Assembly (NCBI RefSeq): GCF_006345805.1
Contig: NC_042997.1
Location: 92,752,001 to 92,816,000 of the forward strand
DNA from: Octopus sinensis
Taxonomy: Eukaryota
Direction: 5' to 3'
DNA length: 64,000 bases
The position numbers and the translations under genes were made by a program. Positions 50,871 through 64,000 of this stretch are shown here, in pieces (the first letter of the stretch is position 1; each line of letters begins with the position of its first letter). The notes below the pieces were generated by a model that was given only the letters and a program-made list of their open reading frames with translations, searched no databases and was not told where the DNA came from.

Positions 50871-53217
50871 GAGCAGTAAACATAAGCATTGCCAATATGT
50901 TATATCTATATTTTATTAACTACGCAAGCGGCTATCACTGAAAAACCATTGATAGATATAGATCAATTATTTGGCGGGACTGAATATTCTCATTCACACT
51001 GGTTCAGCATACAAAAATACATTCATAAGGGTGAGTGTATAAATTGACTGACTAATGCTGAAAGAGGCTGCAACCATTTTGAACAGAATTTTACAGCAGT
51101 GTGGATGTATGTGTGTATGACAGATGAAAGAGTGAACTGTGAAATATTTCACAAATAAAGAATCAATTCACATTGAACAGATATTTGCTTTCCTAAAATG
51201 GTGCATAGCAGTAATAGTGCTGCATTAAGTCAGACACCATTTCCAGTAGCTTTACACACACACACAAATTGCTGAAGTATTTCTTTAAGATCTATAGCAT
51301 CTTGTTTAGGGGGTCAAAGGCACTGTACCTATTAAAACAGGGAGTAAGCATCATAAATGTTATGATTTAGACTTTTATCTATGGTTTAATGCATGTGTTT
51401 GAATGTGTGTATATACATGTACCTGTATACAGATACATCTACACAGCCTGTCAACTCAATGTGTTCTAATGAACAGGAATATTCAGAGAATCTGGAATTA
51501 CCAAACAACCACCTCCACATACACACGTTGAAATAGAAACCATGAAAATTTGGTTGTATTTTGATATTCAGTTTTAGTTTTCTGACTTAACATTTAGGAG
51601 ATTACTCAGAACTGGGGAAAGAGAGAGTATGGAGACCGGCACACACTTGCACACTCATATATATTTACACACATACATCAGCAGCATTTGCACCAGTTAA
51701 AGACCTTGGATTTCCCAAGCAGTAACATGTCTGAGTACAAAACATGAAGGTTTGATTGAATTTTGGCACCCCAATTATAGTTCTCATTTACATTTGGAGT
51801 TTATCCCTCCATATTTTTAATAAGTTAGCATAAGCCCATACACGTGAGTATGTATATTAATTCCTCAAGGTTCCTAGTGTACTACAGAATCTCTTGATTA
51901 AGCTTTATTTATTCAAGCAGGTCAAAAAATAGATGATATTCCCCACACCCTATCACCTGCTGCTACAAAAAAGATGGGAAGTCAACTGCTTGGTGAATGC
52001 TCACTGCCTGCAGCCTACAGGGTTTTATAAAAGTTTTGACTCAATATGCAGCTGTGCTGCTTATAAATGTTACAAAGAAAACCATAGAAACTGTGCCTAA
52101 TTAGCAGATTAATCAGGAGTAAACTCGAGCAATGAATAGAAGTTGTGACTTCAAATTTCAATGTGTTCTCTCAGTAGATTTCTTTTTACAATGAAATCTT
52201 GAAAATGTTTCACTAAGAAAATATGATTGCCCTTGAAAAAGCTATCAATATCATTACAGCACATTTTCCTCTTTCCAATAAATATTCTAATTTATCATGT
52301 CTTAAGATAGTAGTATTTTGCATATGCTAGAAATGAAACACACTACAATCATAATGATTTATTACCAGTTCTATTTTCAAGGCTGTCATTAACAAGGTGT
52401 ATAGTTCAGTTACAACTTGGAAGCCATATACTTTTAGTATGAGAGATAGATAGATAGAGATAGAGAGAGAGAGAGAGAAAAAGAGAGAGAGAGAAAGGGA
52501 GTGTGTATTGATACACATATGCACCTACAATAGCAGTCTTTGCATTAATTAAAATACAAATGACTAAAGATCTTGGGCTTCACAGACAGAAATGTACTAA
52601 ACTGACACATGCAGATAGGAAAGTCTAAATTATTGATAATGAAACTGCTTAGCAAAATGTATTGAAATTTTAATATCTTCAATAATCCTCTTACTGCAGC
52701 ATGGCTTACATGTATACATGTATTATAGGGAGATTTTTTTTTTTTAAATTCCATTTTGCACCACCTAAAATCTACTTTCACTGCTGACACTTATGTCAGA
52801 GGTTCATGTGTCACTGGTTTAAGCCCTACAGGAATAGTAAAGAAAATGATGATGATGATGATGATAATGATAATGAATCAATGATATAGAATAATTATGC
52901 TGCATTTGGAGACTAACAACTTAATACTTAATCTAAATTAGTAGGACACATTTTCAAGTTACACAAAAAATATTTGTTCCTTTCACAAGAGAACAAACTA
53001 TTTCAACCAAGAGGCCATTAATCTGGTGTCATTCAATCTGATTCTCACTGGAATTTACAAAAAATTTGATAGTATATGCTATAATTAAGAAAGCAGAGTG
53101 TATACAGAAGGCATAGCAGGAACATAATTTGCCTGCTTCAATAAACCCTTCATAAAACTACAGCTATTAGTGATAGCAGAGGAAAAAGGAAAACAAAATT
53201 TGCACTACACACTAAGA

Positions 53218-53425
53218 TTGGTATCAAATTTTGGCACACAGCCAACAATTTCAGGGGAGTGGGTAAGTCAGTTACAGGAACCCTAGAGTTCCACTGGTAC
53301 TTATTTTTATGGGCCCGAAAGGATGAAAAGCAAAATCAACCTCAGCAGAATTTGAACTCTAAACATAAAGACAAATGAAATGCTGCTGAGCATTTTGCCT
53401 GGCATGCTAACAATTCTGCCAGGGT
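53218..53425 (-). mobile_element. SINE family B (CpG-decayed)
   Basis: aaattttggcacacagcc...gaaaggatgaaaagcaaaatcaacctcagcagaatttgaactc. Confidence 0.8.
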
Positions 53426-54199
53426 GCTGTCTTGGCTACACACTAATATTAACAATATAAAACTATTCTAATTATGAAGGGAGGGGACCTTTATATAATC
53501 ACTTGGCCTACTAGAAATAACAGTCAAATTTCTCTCAACTCACATTTTACTGACTTACATGAAGGAAGGACACATTAAATAAGCCAGCTCTATTCACACA
53601 CACACATATTTGTATGCATGTGTGTGTGTGCAAATGAGACAGCTGGTGGTTGCTCTAGTTTAATAACTGAGAACCACCTCAGTTGAAATCCTAGGTGTGC
53701 CCATGCTCCCATTAAAAACATGAGACTGTCATGACCAACATTACCTGTAAGCTGTGTGTTCATGCATGCACACCTGTTTTACAACTAGCACATAAATGAA
53801 AAAAAATGTATGCAAATATCATTTTTTAAATGAAATCAAATTTTTGTAATTGAATAAAGTACTTGTGCAATTTCAAAATAAAACCTAAAATAATACATAC
53901 TTAGGAGTAGTATCCTTCCACTTACCTAGTAAATATGGCATTTGAACAATGTTTATCTGCATGGGGGGTACACATACTTTACAATGACAAAATATGCATA
54001 CAAGTGCAACAAAAGAATTCAGGGATATAGGCCATGACTAGAAAAAAAATGCTAATCATAACTCTATTCAACTAGTGTTGATCAGGAAGCTCAACACCAA
54101 CTATACAAACTGCTACATCAACCAATTTCATTACACTGCAATCCACTGTATATTACAAATAATTAAGAAACTCAAATAGCACTTAAAAATCATTCACTG

Positions 54200-54302
54200 C
54201 TGAATATCTTATAGACACTTGCCTAAGGTGCCACGCAGTGGGACTGAACCTGGAACCATGAGGTTTGGGAAGCAAGCTTCTTACCACACAACCTCCCCTG
54301 CA
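54200..54302 (-). mobile_element. SINE family A head
   Basis: cacttgcctaaggtgccacgcagtgggactgaacctggaacc...cttaccacac. Confidence 0.8.
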
Positions 54303-54341
<39 letters not shown>

Positions 54342-56494
54342 TTCTTTAAACACACACATACACATATAATCAATACATTAGAGTTGGAGGGGAAATTTTG
54401 CAACCCATTGAAACATATACTAAGAGTAGCCTTGGGTTACATAATTAAAAAAAATGGAACTTCTCTTAGTAGGACACTGTGTTTAATGAATTCAGAATAT
54501 AAAAATTAACATCAGTTATTGTACTATATAGGAAGCTTCATATTTAGGTGTTTCAATATTTGGAAGCAAAGTTTCCAGTTCAGGCTGTTTGTTAATAATT
54601 TTGTATGTAGATTCTTTTAATTTTGTACTGTTTTACTGGATTCATTGTTGTTGTCTAAGTCAGTCAGAAAATAGGATAGTTTTCAGTAAACAACTTTGAA
54701 AATGAATATCAAAAACAGTGACTTTGTAATTTCCACTATGTCGACTTTACACTAGATGTACTTTTACAGCCTACCTAACATAGCTCAATGGTCACATCTG
54801 AATATTTAAAAAAAAAAAAAATTTTTTTTAATTTGTTAACACCAAGGGTATATGAATTGTTTCGATACATTAAATACAGCAATTATTATAAATCTAACCC
54901 TATTACACTTTTACACCCAATACACTGTAATTCTAAAAATATTCAGTGTATATTATACACACGAGATATTTTATAGACATTTCATTTTACACAATTTAGT
55001 CAGTACATTATACATGGGCATGTTTTATACATAAATAAATACAGAATATAATAATAAACATTACAATCACCAGTTTAAGAGAGTAAAGAGGAACAAACAT
55101 AGTGACATCATCATCATTTAACTTCTGGGTAGATGTTTGACAGGATCTGGCATATCACAGGGCTGCACTGAGATCCACTGTTAGCTTTGATTTGCTTTCT
55201 AGAGTTAGATACCCTTGCTAATACCAACCACTTTTCAGTGTGTAGTGGGTGCCACTAGCACTAGTGAGGTCACCAAGTTGCAAGAGAGAAAAAAAAAACC
55301 CAGAAAAGGGAAAATTCCTCATAACTCTGTTTGTGTGTGTAGGGAGAATATTAGGGAGGAGAAAGTGGTTTCATGTGAAGTGTTGAGAGGTTAAATTATG
55401 ACAGGAGTTCAAGCATAGGTGTCTTGCTATAGAGGTGATCTATGGCTACACCACATAATATAAGAGTGAGTAGAAGTAACTAGAAAGAAGATGAAGAAAA
55501 TAAAGATGGTAGTGATGCGGTGTCAAAGCAAACCTGAGGTACAAGAAGAGCATGAGAGAGTCAGCAGATCAGGAGGGAAGGGCAGGGTGGGTCTCAAATA
55601 TGAAAAAAAATTTAAATGATGCTTAACAATATATTTACTCAGCAGACGAAATCATGATGTAGTTACTGTAGTTTAATTACCTACAATGAATTTACCAGAT
55701 ACTGAAGAAGAAGCAAAGTTGACCAAAACAATATTTGAACTAAGAATCATTTAGAAAATCTAACAAATTAAGAAATGAAAAAAAAAAAGTTTTTTTTTTT
55801 GGCGGGTGGGCTCATATTTTAAAATTTCTAATTCTCTAGGTATTTGATAGTTTCCAATTTACAAAACCAACACAACAAATTATTTTAATACTTTATGTTA
55901 AAACTGCATTCAACATACCAGAAATAGCAACAACAACAACAACTACTACTATTACTTGAAAATAAATAAATAAATGTAGCATATCACCAATTGTTAGAAT
56001 AATTAAAATAGGAAAACAGAACCTAAAGCAATTGTTAAAAAATAAGATATCTTTTCTCCAGAAATAATAATAATTAAAAAAAAACAAGAAAAACTGACAC
56101 AAAAAAAAAGCATATCAAGTAATAAAACTTGATGACTGAAACCTTTTAAAAATCATTGGAATAAGTTTTCTTAAAAAAAAATAAAAAGAGAAAATATTCA
56201 TTAAATCTTTATAAAGATTTCTAAAGAAACATTTAAAATATTGCAAAAAAACAAAAAGCTATAATAATAGCTTTTAATTTTCAAATATGAATATGAGAAA
56301 TTTATACATGATGTATTTAAAATACAAATTATCTTATTTAAAAATACACAAGAGTAATTATAGTTCTAAAGTGTTATATTACTGATTACAAATTCACAAA
56401 ATCAAACTCCTATATACTGCAAAGCTTTCTGATTACATCAATTTGTCAAGTAGAAAAATGAGTTATTTTCAGTTTAAATACAAGAGTTATAATG

Positions 56495-56712
56495 GTTCTT
56501 TCTACTACAGACACAAAGTTTGAAATTCTGTGGGAGGAGGGCAGGCAATTACATTAATCCTGGTGCTTGACTGGTACCTATTTTATCAACCCAAAAGGAT
56601 GGAATCAAAGTCAACCTAGGCAGTATTTCAACTGAACTGAAAACCTAAAGCTGGAAGGAATTCTGTTAAACATTTTGTCTGGTGTGCAAAAGACTCTGCC
56701 AACTTACCACCT
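56495..56712 (-). mobile_element. SINE family B (decayed)
   Basis: ctggtacctattttatcaacccaaaaggatggaatcaaagtcaacctagg. Confidence 0.7.
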
Positions 56713-57104
56713 TTATGAGAGGTACAATAATAATGGAACTTTCTGTGGTTCTAATTTCATGTGTTTTTATTCATGCCTAGCTTCCACCGGTCCAATCTCT
56801 GATTGCTGTCAGTGTATCTTTTTTTTTTGAATGAATAAGCTACCTTTCATTTTGAAATACAGGTTTTGATTTCAAATTCAGCCTGGGACAGTATGTACTC
56901 AAGAGTAGGGTAGCTGATGATAAGCAAAGAAAGATTAGGGCAATGTTAAACAGAAACAAAAAAGATGAGGTTAATATTTCAGAAAAATCTAATTAAGAAA
57001 AAAGGAGCTATTCATTATTCATGAAATCTTAGCAAAATTTGGTGCCCTCTTTCAAACATATCAAAGATCTTTGGAAACAATTACACCCTGAATAACTGCA
57101 TGCA

Positions 57105-59452
57105 TCATCATCATTCAATGTCTGCCTTCCATGCTAGCATGGGTGGGACGGTTTCACAAGAGCCAGCCTGCACCAGACTTCAGTGACTGTTTTGGCAGGA
57201 TTTTTACAGTTGGATGCCCTTCCTAACACCAACCACTCAGCAGAGTGGACTTAGTACTTTTTACGTGGCATCTGCACTGACATAGTCACCAAGTACTTGT
57301 AAGACAAAAAACAAAAAAAAAACTTTCAAGAGGGGAGGGGGGCATTGGAGGAGGTTATCTTGTGTTGGATGATGGAAGACAGAGAGAGATCAAGAATGGA
57401 GGCAGAAACTGCAATGGAAATACATAGTTACCCAACATGAAGGAAGTGCAGGAGGAGAGAAAGAGTGAGAGACAGCAAGACAGAGATGGTTGTAAAATAC
57501 CAAGCAAACTCACAAGGGACAGGAATCAGAATATAAATGGGATGGTTGAGTAAAGGAAGAGAGAGATATAAATGGTGGCAAGTACCAGGGCATACCCTTG
57601 AGGTTCAAACACCATAATATAAGTGTCAGGATATTGCTAAGGAAGTGTGATTAAAGAGTGCAGAGTGGGAGAGGGGAGTGAGTGGTGAAAACCTGGGTAT
57701 ATATAGAGTCGGGAGGAGGGACCTACATGATAGCAATGATACTGTGGAATATGGCCATGAGAACAGGATTGGGGAGTGAGAGCTAGGCATAGTGTATGAG
57801 GGAGGAAATGTGAGGAAGTGAAGAGCTGTGGAGATGCAGGGTTTCTTGGGGTAGGGTGAGTAAAAAATTTTCTTGTTACATATGGGTGGAACACACAAGA
57901 AGGTGGGGGGGGGGGCAATTTGGGCTAGCAGAGCGCAATGATACAGTGGCACAGGGCCAAGAGGACAGGATAGGGGAGTGGGAGGTAAGCATAGTGCATG
58001 CAGCAAAAATGTGAGGAAGAGATGTAGAGACGTAATTTGGTTTGTTGTAGTAGTGTGTGAGTAGTTTTCTTGTTGAGTATGGGTAGAACACACAGCGCTT
58101 CTAGAAATGTTTCGCTAATGTGAATGGGTCTTCTCTAGAACTTCATATCGCCAGACATCTTGGTCCATTGTCATTTCCTCCATGAGGCCCAACATCCTGA
58201 GATTGGTCCCTACCACTTCATCCCACATCTTGCTAGGTCTCTCTCTTCCATGGGTACCATCCACTTTCAGTGATCGGCACTTCTTTATGCAGCTGTACTC
58301 ATTAATATGCATCACGTGTCCAAACCAACTGCATGCTACATTTGATTCCTCTTATGCCCAACTTTTCTCTCAATACATTTGCACTTAGCTGTACATGTGC
58401 ACTGATGTTGCACATCCAACAGAGCAAACCACCTTCACTTCTCTCCAGTCTACACATGTCTTCTGCATTCAGAGCCCATGTCTCACTACCATGGAGTACA
58501 GCCATTCCCACACAAGCATCCTATAGTCTACCTTTCACTCTGAGAGAGAGTCTTTTGTTGCCAACAGAGGTAATAGCTTTCTGAATTTCCTCCACCTAAT
58601 TCTTATTCTAGAAACAATACTTTTAGAACATCCTCCACCATTGCTAATTTGATCACCTCGGTAACAGAAACAATCTACAACCTCAAGAGAGCATTTGAGA
58701 GAATCTAAGTCTCATGTGCCCGTAGTGCTTATTGTTTCTGTACATCTGCCACATACAGAGACAACTTTATCTGTTAATCTACCTGTGATTCCACTGCACC
58801 TCTTATGTGTCCATAGTTTACACTGGGTGCAGCAAATGGAATTTCTTCTAACTCCTTTCATACATATTGTACAGGGCCATTTACCTGACGGAAAGAGAGT
58901 TTATCTTCTTTCTTACTAACAACAACTTTGGTCTTAGCTAGGTTAACTTTAAGGCCCTTTGATTCCAGATTTTGTTTCCATACCTGAATTTCTCCAATTC
59001 TACTAAAGATTTTGCAATAAGAGTAGGGTCATCAGCATATAGCAGTTCCCATGGGCACCCAGTTTTGAATTCCTCTGTTATGGCCTGGAGGACTATAATC
59101 AAGAAGAGTGGGCTGAGAACTGAGCCCTGCTGAACCCCTACCTGTGCGCTAAATTCATCACTGCATTCATGGTTGACTCTCACTTACTGACAGCACCACT
59201 GTACATGGTTTGTACAGCTCTAACAAGCCAATCCTCTACTCCTAACTCCCTTAGAGACCACCATATAACAGAGCAGGGAACTCTGTTGGAAGCTTTCTCC
59301 AGGTTGATGAAGTACAATGGCTTACTTTTGGCCAAGTACTTTTCCTGCAGCTATCTCACTAGGAAGAATGCATCTGTGGTACTCTTCCCAGGTACAAAAC
59401 CAAACTGCATCTCATCTAGTTTAAGGAAGGTAGCAAATAACTACATCACTTG
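57105..59452 (-). mobile_element. 5'-truncated RTE-clade LINE
   Basis: RT motifs GVQQGSVLSP and LLYADD (58938-59183), LHGSETWAL (58302-58511); long 3' UTR; (GAT)n tail at 57105. Confidence 0.9.
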
Positions 59453-60279
59453 AACGATGGTGATATTTGTTTGCAGCTAGTGTATAATGTCAACACAAAG
59501 GGGTTGAGAGCACAAACCCGCACACATGCATACAAATACCAAATACAGTGGGCTTCTTTAGTCATATTTGTATGCATGTGTGAGTATGGGAGGACTGAGG
59601 CTATAGCTAAAATCACTTACCCAAGGTACTGCACAGTGTGACTGACCTCAAAACCAAATTGTTGCTAAGCAAACTTCTTAACCACAAAGCAATGCATGTG
59701 CCTATATATATATACATGTGTGTACACACACACGCTAACATACATATGTATTTCTCTCTTTATATATATATATGTCATCTTGAGCAAGTCGCTGAGTTGA
59801 CGATTGCCACATGTCATGGTTTCGAAAACGAAACTGATCTCCTCCCTTGGAAGATATGTGTGTGTGTGTGCGTAAACACATATACACAAACTCAACACGA
59901 TATTCAGAACAGCACCTTAGTACTGAAATTTCATTAAGTGTCTAAGTGCTCAATTATATATCCATTGACCTTACACTTATGTAAGTCAATTTGTAAAGCC
60001 TATTACTACTTCAGTAAGTGGAAACCACTTCTATGATGGTCAAAATGAGAAAAGTATTCTGTGAAGAAATGCAAACACAATCACTATAACTGCAGATAAT
60101 CACAGTTCAAATCAACTAAAGAACGTTTTTTGAGCAATATTTGGATGAAAGCCAACTATTTAATGACAATAATATTTGGATGGGAATTGTGTATTCATAG
60201 ACAATAATATTTGTGGAGTGTCTTTTCGTGATATTTTTGATATTAAGTAAGTGGGTATATTCTGGTGTTTTCGATGGTG

Positions 60280-60625
60280 TGGCTGAGTGATAAGAAGTTT
60301 GCTTCGCAAGTACATGATTCCAGGTTCAGTTCCACTATGTAGTACCTCAGCTAAGTGTCTGCTTTAACTGACCAAAGCCTTGTGAGTGGATTCGGTAGAC
60401 AGAAACTGAAAGTGTCTTTGTTTGTGTTTGTCCCTTATGGCAATCAGAGCTGGTTTGTTTACATCTTATAACTTAGTGGTTTGGCAAACAAGACTGACAA
60501 AATAAGTACTGGGCTTTAAAAAGCAAGTACTGGGGTCAAATCATTCAACTAAAACCCTTTAAGGTAGTGCCCCAGCATGGCTATAGTCCAATGGTTGAAA
60601 CAAGTAAGAGATAAATGATAAGAGA
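60280..60625 (+). mobile_element. SINE family A (decayed)
   Basis: gtggctgagtgataagaagtttgcttc...gtagtgccccagcatggctatagtccaatggttgaaacaagtaagag. Confidence 0.8.
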
Positions 60626-60756
60626 TCTCATTCTCCAAAAATTTGTCAGTAGATGGTTTGCTCACTGAACTAACATTTGCTGATTAGAAGACTGAAGGTG
60701 ACAACTATTTTGTTTGAAATATTGTGCTTAGGTTGACTTAACCTTTCTTTCCTCAG

Positions 60757-60774
60757 AAAATCAATAACAGCAAG
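60757..60774 (+). other. Possible 18-nt microexon of an unseen plus-strand transcript
   Basis: Branch-like cttaac, tract ctttctttcctcag, exon aaaatcaataacagcaag, donor AAG|GTAACT; no partner exon found. Confidence 0.2.
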
Positions 60775-61739
60775 GTAACTAAAATGAGGATTGACTCAAG
60801 TTTTGGGTATCAAATTAAGCTCCACTTTTTATTTCTATTCTTTTTCCTTTCTTTTTTTGTTGTTGATGGGTGGCAGAGATTAATTTGATATTGCAACAGA
60901 TGAATAAGACTGAAATTTAGCAAATGTAATTTTAACTCTGCTTTGTCAGGCTAATAATGTTGGGACATCATGAATTACAATAATTTCAAAAATAAAAAAA
61001 ATAAAAAAAAGAGAGAGAGAGAGAGAAAGAGAGAAAAGGTTTTATACTATAAAAATTTTTAAAGATATATGATGGTAAAACTTACAGCACAAAAATATAT
61101 ACTAGACTTCTACAGCTTCTTTTGGCTCTTGTAGCTGCTATGTGTGCATGCATGAGAAGATTCCGGTGCTGACTTTATGCATGTGTTATTTGCGTCACAA
61201 ATTATATGTTTATTCAAGGGTTCTTCTCAAACTTTTTTTTGCTTTGTATAGCAAGCATCTCTTCCTATAAGCAGTTTTGGTTGCACAAAAAAATTGAAGA
61301 GCAGTTAATGGACTAAGAAAAGTGGGCATCATTTGACACTAATTGATGATCAACTCAACTGTATGAAGGCAACAGCGGTAGTCAGTTTTATTTTTCATAT
61401 TCCACTCTTCTTGCAAAGATATTGAAGATATTTCTATTATATAAATGTAGTGAATATGGCTCCAATATCTTCAGCAATAACTCATGCCAATGAAGGAGTT
61501 TCTATGCAGTTGCTTGACCTTCTCAAGATAGTAACCAAATCTTGTTAAAGAAACTTACCACTGCTTTTAAAATGAAAACTAAATCTGCTGTAAACTAAAC
61601 TCTATGGAGACTTTTCATTCTTATATTATCAAAATGCACTTAATTAGATAGACAACGATAATTAAAACTTTTAACACTGGGAGCTGTTCTATATTTTTAT
61701 TTATATTTAGCACTGTATATAATATTAGTTGATATACAT

Positions 61740-61880
61740 TTGTGTAGTTAAAAACTTGCTTCTCAACCACATGGTTTTGAGTTCAGTCCCACAGTGTGGC
61801 ACCTTAGGCAAGTATCTTATGCTATAGCCTTGGGCTGACTGAAGCCTTGTGATTGAATTTATTAGGTGGAAGTATCCATC
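61740..61880 (+). mobile_element. SINE family A head
   Basis: caaccacatggttttgagttcagtcccacagtgtggcaccttaggcaag. Confidence 0.75.
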
Positions 61881-62984
61881 ATGTGTGTATATGTGTGTGA
61901 AAGTGCTTGTGCCTCCTTTAATAGATAGGAGGGAATATACATTTAACTATAAAAGTTCTATACCATAAGTAACTGAAACTATTGCCAAATCTTGAAGTGC
62001 CCATAACTGCAATTCTGAAAGAGTTGTTTGAAGTAAAATAGCAGGAACTAAGCACACTTCGGTGCGATAAACAAAGTTTAACCTTATTTTAGAAAGAACT
62101 TCCTATTAAAAGACGTTCTGTTTGTACCATATACATTTCTTCTTTTGCAGTTTATTGAGCGAATCTCTTAAGAATTTTTCTATTCTGGTTCTTGAATATC
62201 ATGATGATTAATACTAAATCAGTGGATTAGAGTTCAATATTATATATTAATAATTAATTTATTACCATTATTAATGATGTAATTAGAAAGAAAAAAATGT
62301 TGCATTGGGAGTAAATAATTAGTGATATTTCAGTGACATTTGTACACACCAACAATCAAAGTTATATCAGGATATATTGATTCTGAGCAAGAGTGAAGTG
62401 GTCATATGATTACATGGATGTTTGCATTAGTGATATAGGCCCTATAAATGAACTTAGAAACAAAAGCCCATTGAGTAATTTTCTTCTATTTCTTCCAGGA
62501 TGAGCAATGAGAGAAGCAATGCCACCTTCATTACCTTAATGCAAGAGATGAAGGCAGATATCAGAACATCTTTCTTGATGCTTCTAAGTTACAGAGACTG
62601 CTGGAACACTCATTGAACTCTGAGACAAGAAATCGATGCCAAAGAATTCATATCCCTTAAATATATTTCAAACTACCTTCATATAATCAAAGAGCTATGT
62701 TCAATCTACCTGGGCAAATGAAAGTGATATAAAAGTTGTCAACAAGTAAATCCCATTTTCACACTGTACACCAATGGTAAATTCCATCCAAATTCATGTC
62801 ATCATCCTCTTCATCATCATAGTTTTTGAATTTTTGCATTTACTTTTCTATTATTGCAAAGGTCAGATGGAATTCATTGAGGAAGATTTTCTGTAGCTGC
62901 ATGCCCATACTTGTTTCTAAACAAGGTAATATTTTCCCATGGCCAGACATGTCTATACAGAAGATTGGAAATGAAGGACACTAC

Positions 62985-63405
62985 TTGCACGACGATGAGT
63001 TACAGATATTGCATCCAACAGTAGAAACCATGGCAAAACAGACAGTGGAACCTGGTGCAGCCCCAGCCTTCCCAGCTCCTGTCAAGCCATCCAACCCATG
63101 CCAGCATAGAAAATGGACATATGACGATGATGATATGTATGTGTACAATAGGCTCTGTGAGTGTGTTACTGTCTCCTTGCTTTAATTTCACACGACAATT
63201 GTAAATGAATGTTACCACCATGCGCTTCATTACAAATTTTCTGTTAAAGCATGTCTGGTTATGGAGAAGTATTACATAACTTGGTAACAGGTGAAGGTTG
63301 GTGACAGGATGGGCACCAGCTATAAGAAATCTGCCTCAACAAATTCCACCCAACCCATGCAATCATGGGAAAGTAAGCATTAAATAATAATGATGATGAT
63401 GATGA
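62985..63405 (+). mobile_element. RTE/SINE tails (two adjacent fragments)
   Basis: ccaacccatgccagcatagaaaatggac(atg)n and caggtgaaggttggtgacaggatgggcacc...cccatgcaatcatgggaaag. Confidence 0.7.
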
Positions 63406-63821
63406 ATGAAATTAGGACAAATAAGGATCAGCCACATTACAAGTCTAAATACAGCAAAACATTAAAAGCAGCATAAAATAATGAGTTCAAATGTTCTATA
63501 GCTGGATTCTGAAGATAGCTTGAGGGTAAGAAAACTATTAAATACTCAGAAAAGTAAAGTAGAATAGTCACAAGGGAAATGTAGGTAAAATAAGCAAATG
63601 CAGATATGCTGCTGTTGAAGCTGACTGTGTCAAGGTTAAACATGAAAGAAAAGATTTAAGTTCTAGAGTACAGTCAGAGTAGCAAGATAAAAGTGTTTAT
63701 AGTAGTTATGAGATAATGGTTGCTGGCACCAATTCTATTTAGAGAGAATACAAGATTTAAAATACCAGGATGAAAGGAAATATCAACACAAAAAGAAACA
63801 GATACAAAAAGTGAAAAATAT

Positions 63822-63825
<4 letters not shown>

Positions 63826-63870
<45 letters not shown>
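63826..63870. repeat. (GT)/(AT)n microsatellite
   Basis: Direct reading. Confidence 0.95.
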
Positions 63871-63874
<4 letters not shown>

Positions 63875-64000
63875 ACACAAGATGTAAATTAACAAGCAGA
63901 CATTCATTGAGAAGATCTGTGAAAAATGTCTAAAATTTGACACACACACGCACACACACACATCTACAAATAGGTATCTGGGTAAGCATGCAATCATGTT

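Noticed and set aside
61423-61473. 10-bp inverted repeat containing CUGAAGA and GAAA on the minus strand
   Set aside because: Stems I and III cannot form properly; short AT-rich inverted repeats are expected by chance.
62499-62616. Strong plus-strand acceptor followed by a 38-codon ATG ORF
   Set aside because: No partner exons; neighbouring frames look like a decayed retroelement.
13290-63185. ORFs at 13290, 22311, 29633, 39047, 54219 and 62826
   Set aside because: All lie wholly or partly in SINE or LINE-tail copies.
1-64000. CRISPR arrays, operons, phage-defence systems, rRNA or true tRNA genes
   Set aside because: None seen; the DNA is intron-rich eukaryotic sequence and the tRNA-like A/B boxes belong to SINE heads.

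Overview
This is AT-rich eukaryotic DNA, not prokaryotic. The SINE and RTE-LINE families and the microsatellite load point to an octopus (coleoid cephalopod) genome; this is recognised from sequence style, not from a database search. One multi-exon protein-coding gene can be rebuilt on the minus strand from phase-consistent GT-AG junctions: 28364-27969, 13857-13641, 5779-5443 and 4140-3179. From the ATG at 28324 this gives about 623 aa of largely disordered, acidic protein that I cannot assign to a family. Candidate leader exons end at 35575 and 32314. Most of the remaining recognisable sequence is transposon debris: two tRNA-SINE families, RTE LINE 3' fragments, two dead mariners, pogo-like and piggyBac-like MITEs, microsatellites and one 100-N gap. 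The most interesting signals are: (1) a spliced 26-codon uORF whose stop overlaps the weak-context main AUG (UGAUG), with a calicivirus-TURBS-like GUGGGA 42 nt upstream and a G_GGU_UUC -1 slippery heptamer created by the same splice junction; (2) a structurally complete minimal type I hammerhead ribozyme at 45662-45760 (-), plus a decayed one near 15810; (3) a twin-donor microexon that is phase-compatible with exon B as a mutually exclusive pair; (4) a CpG mosaic that marks probable methylated gene body versus several candidate promoters. All exon joins are inferred and need transcript data.
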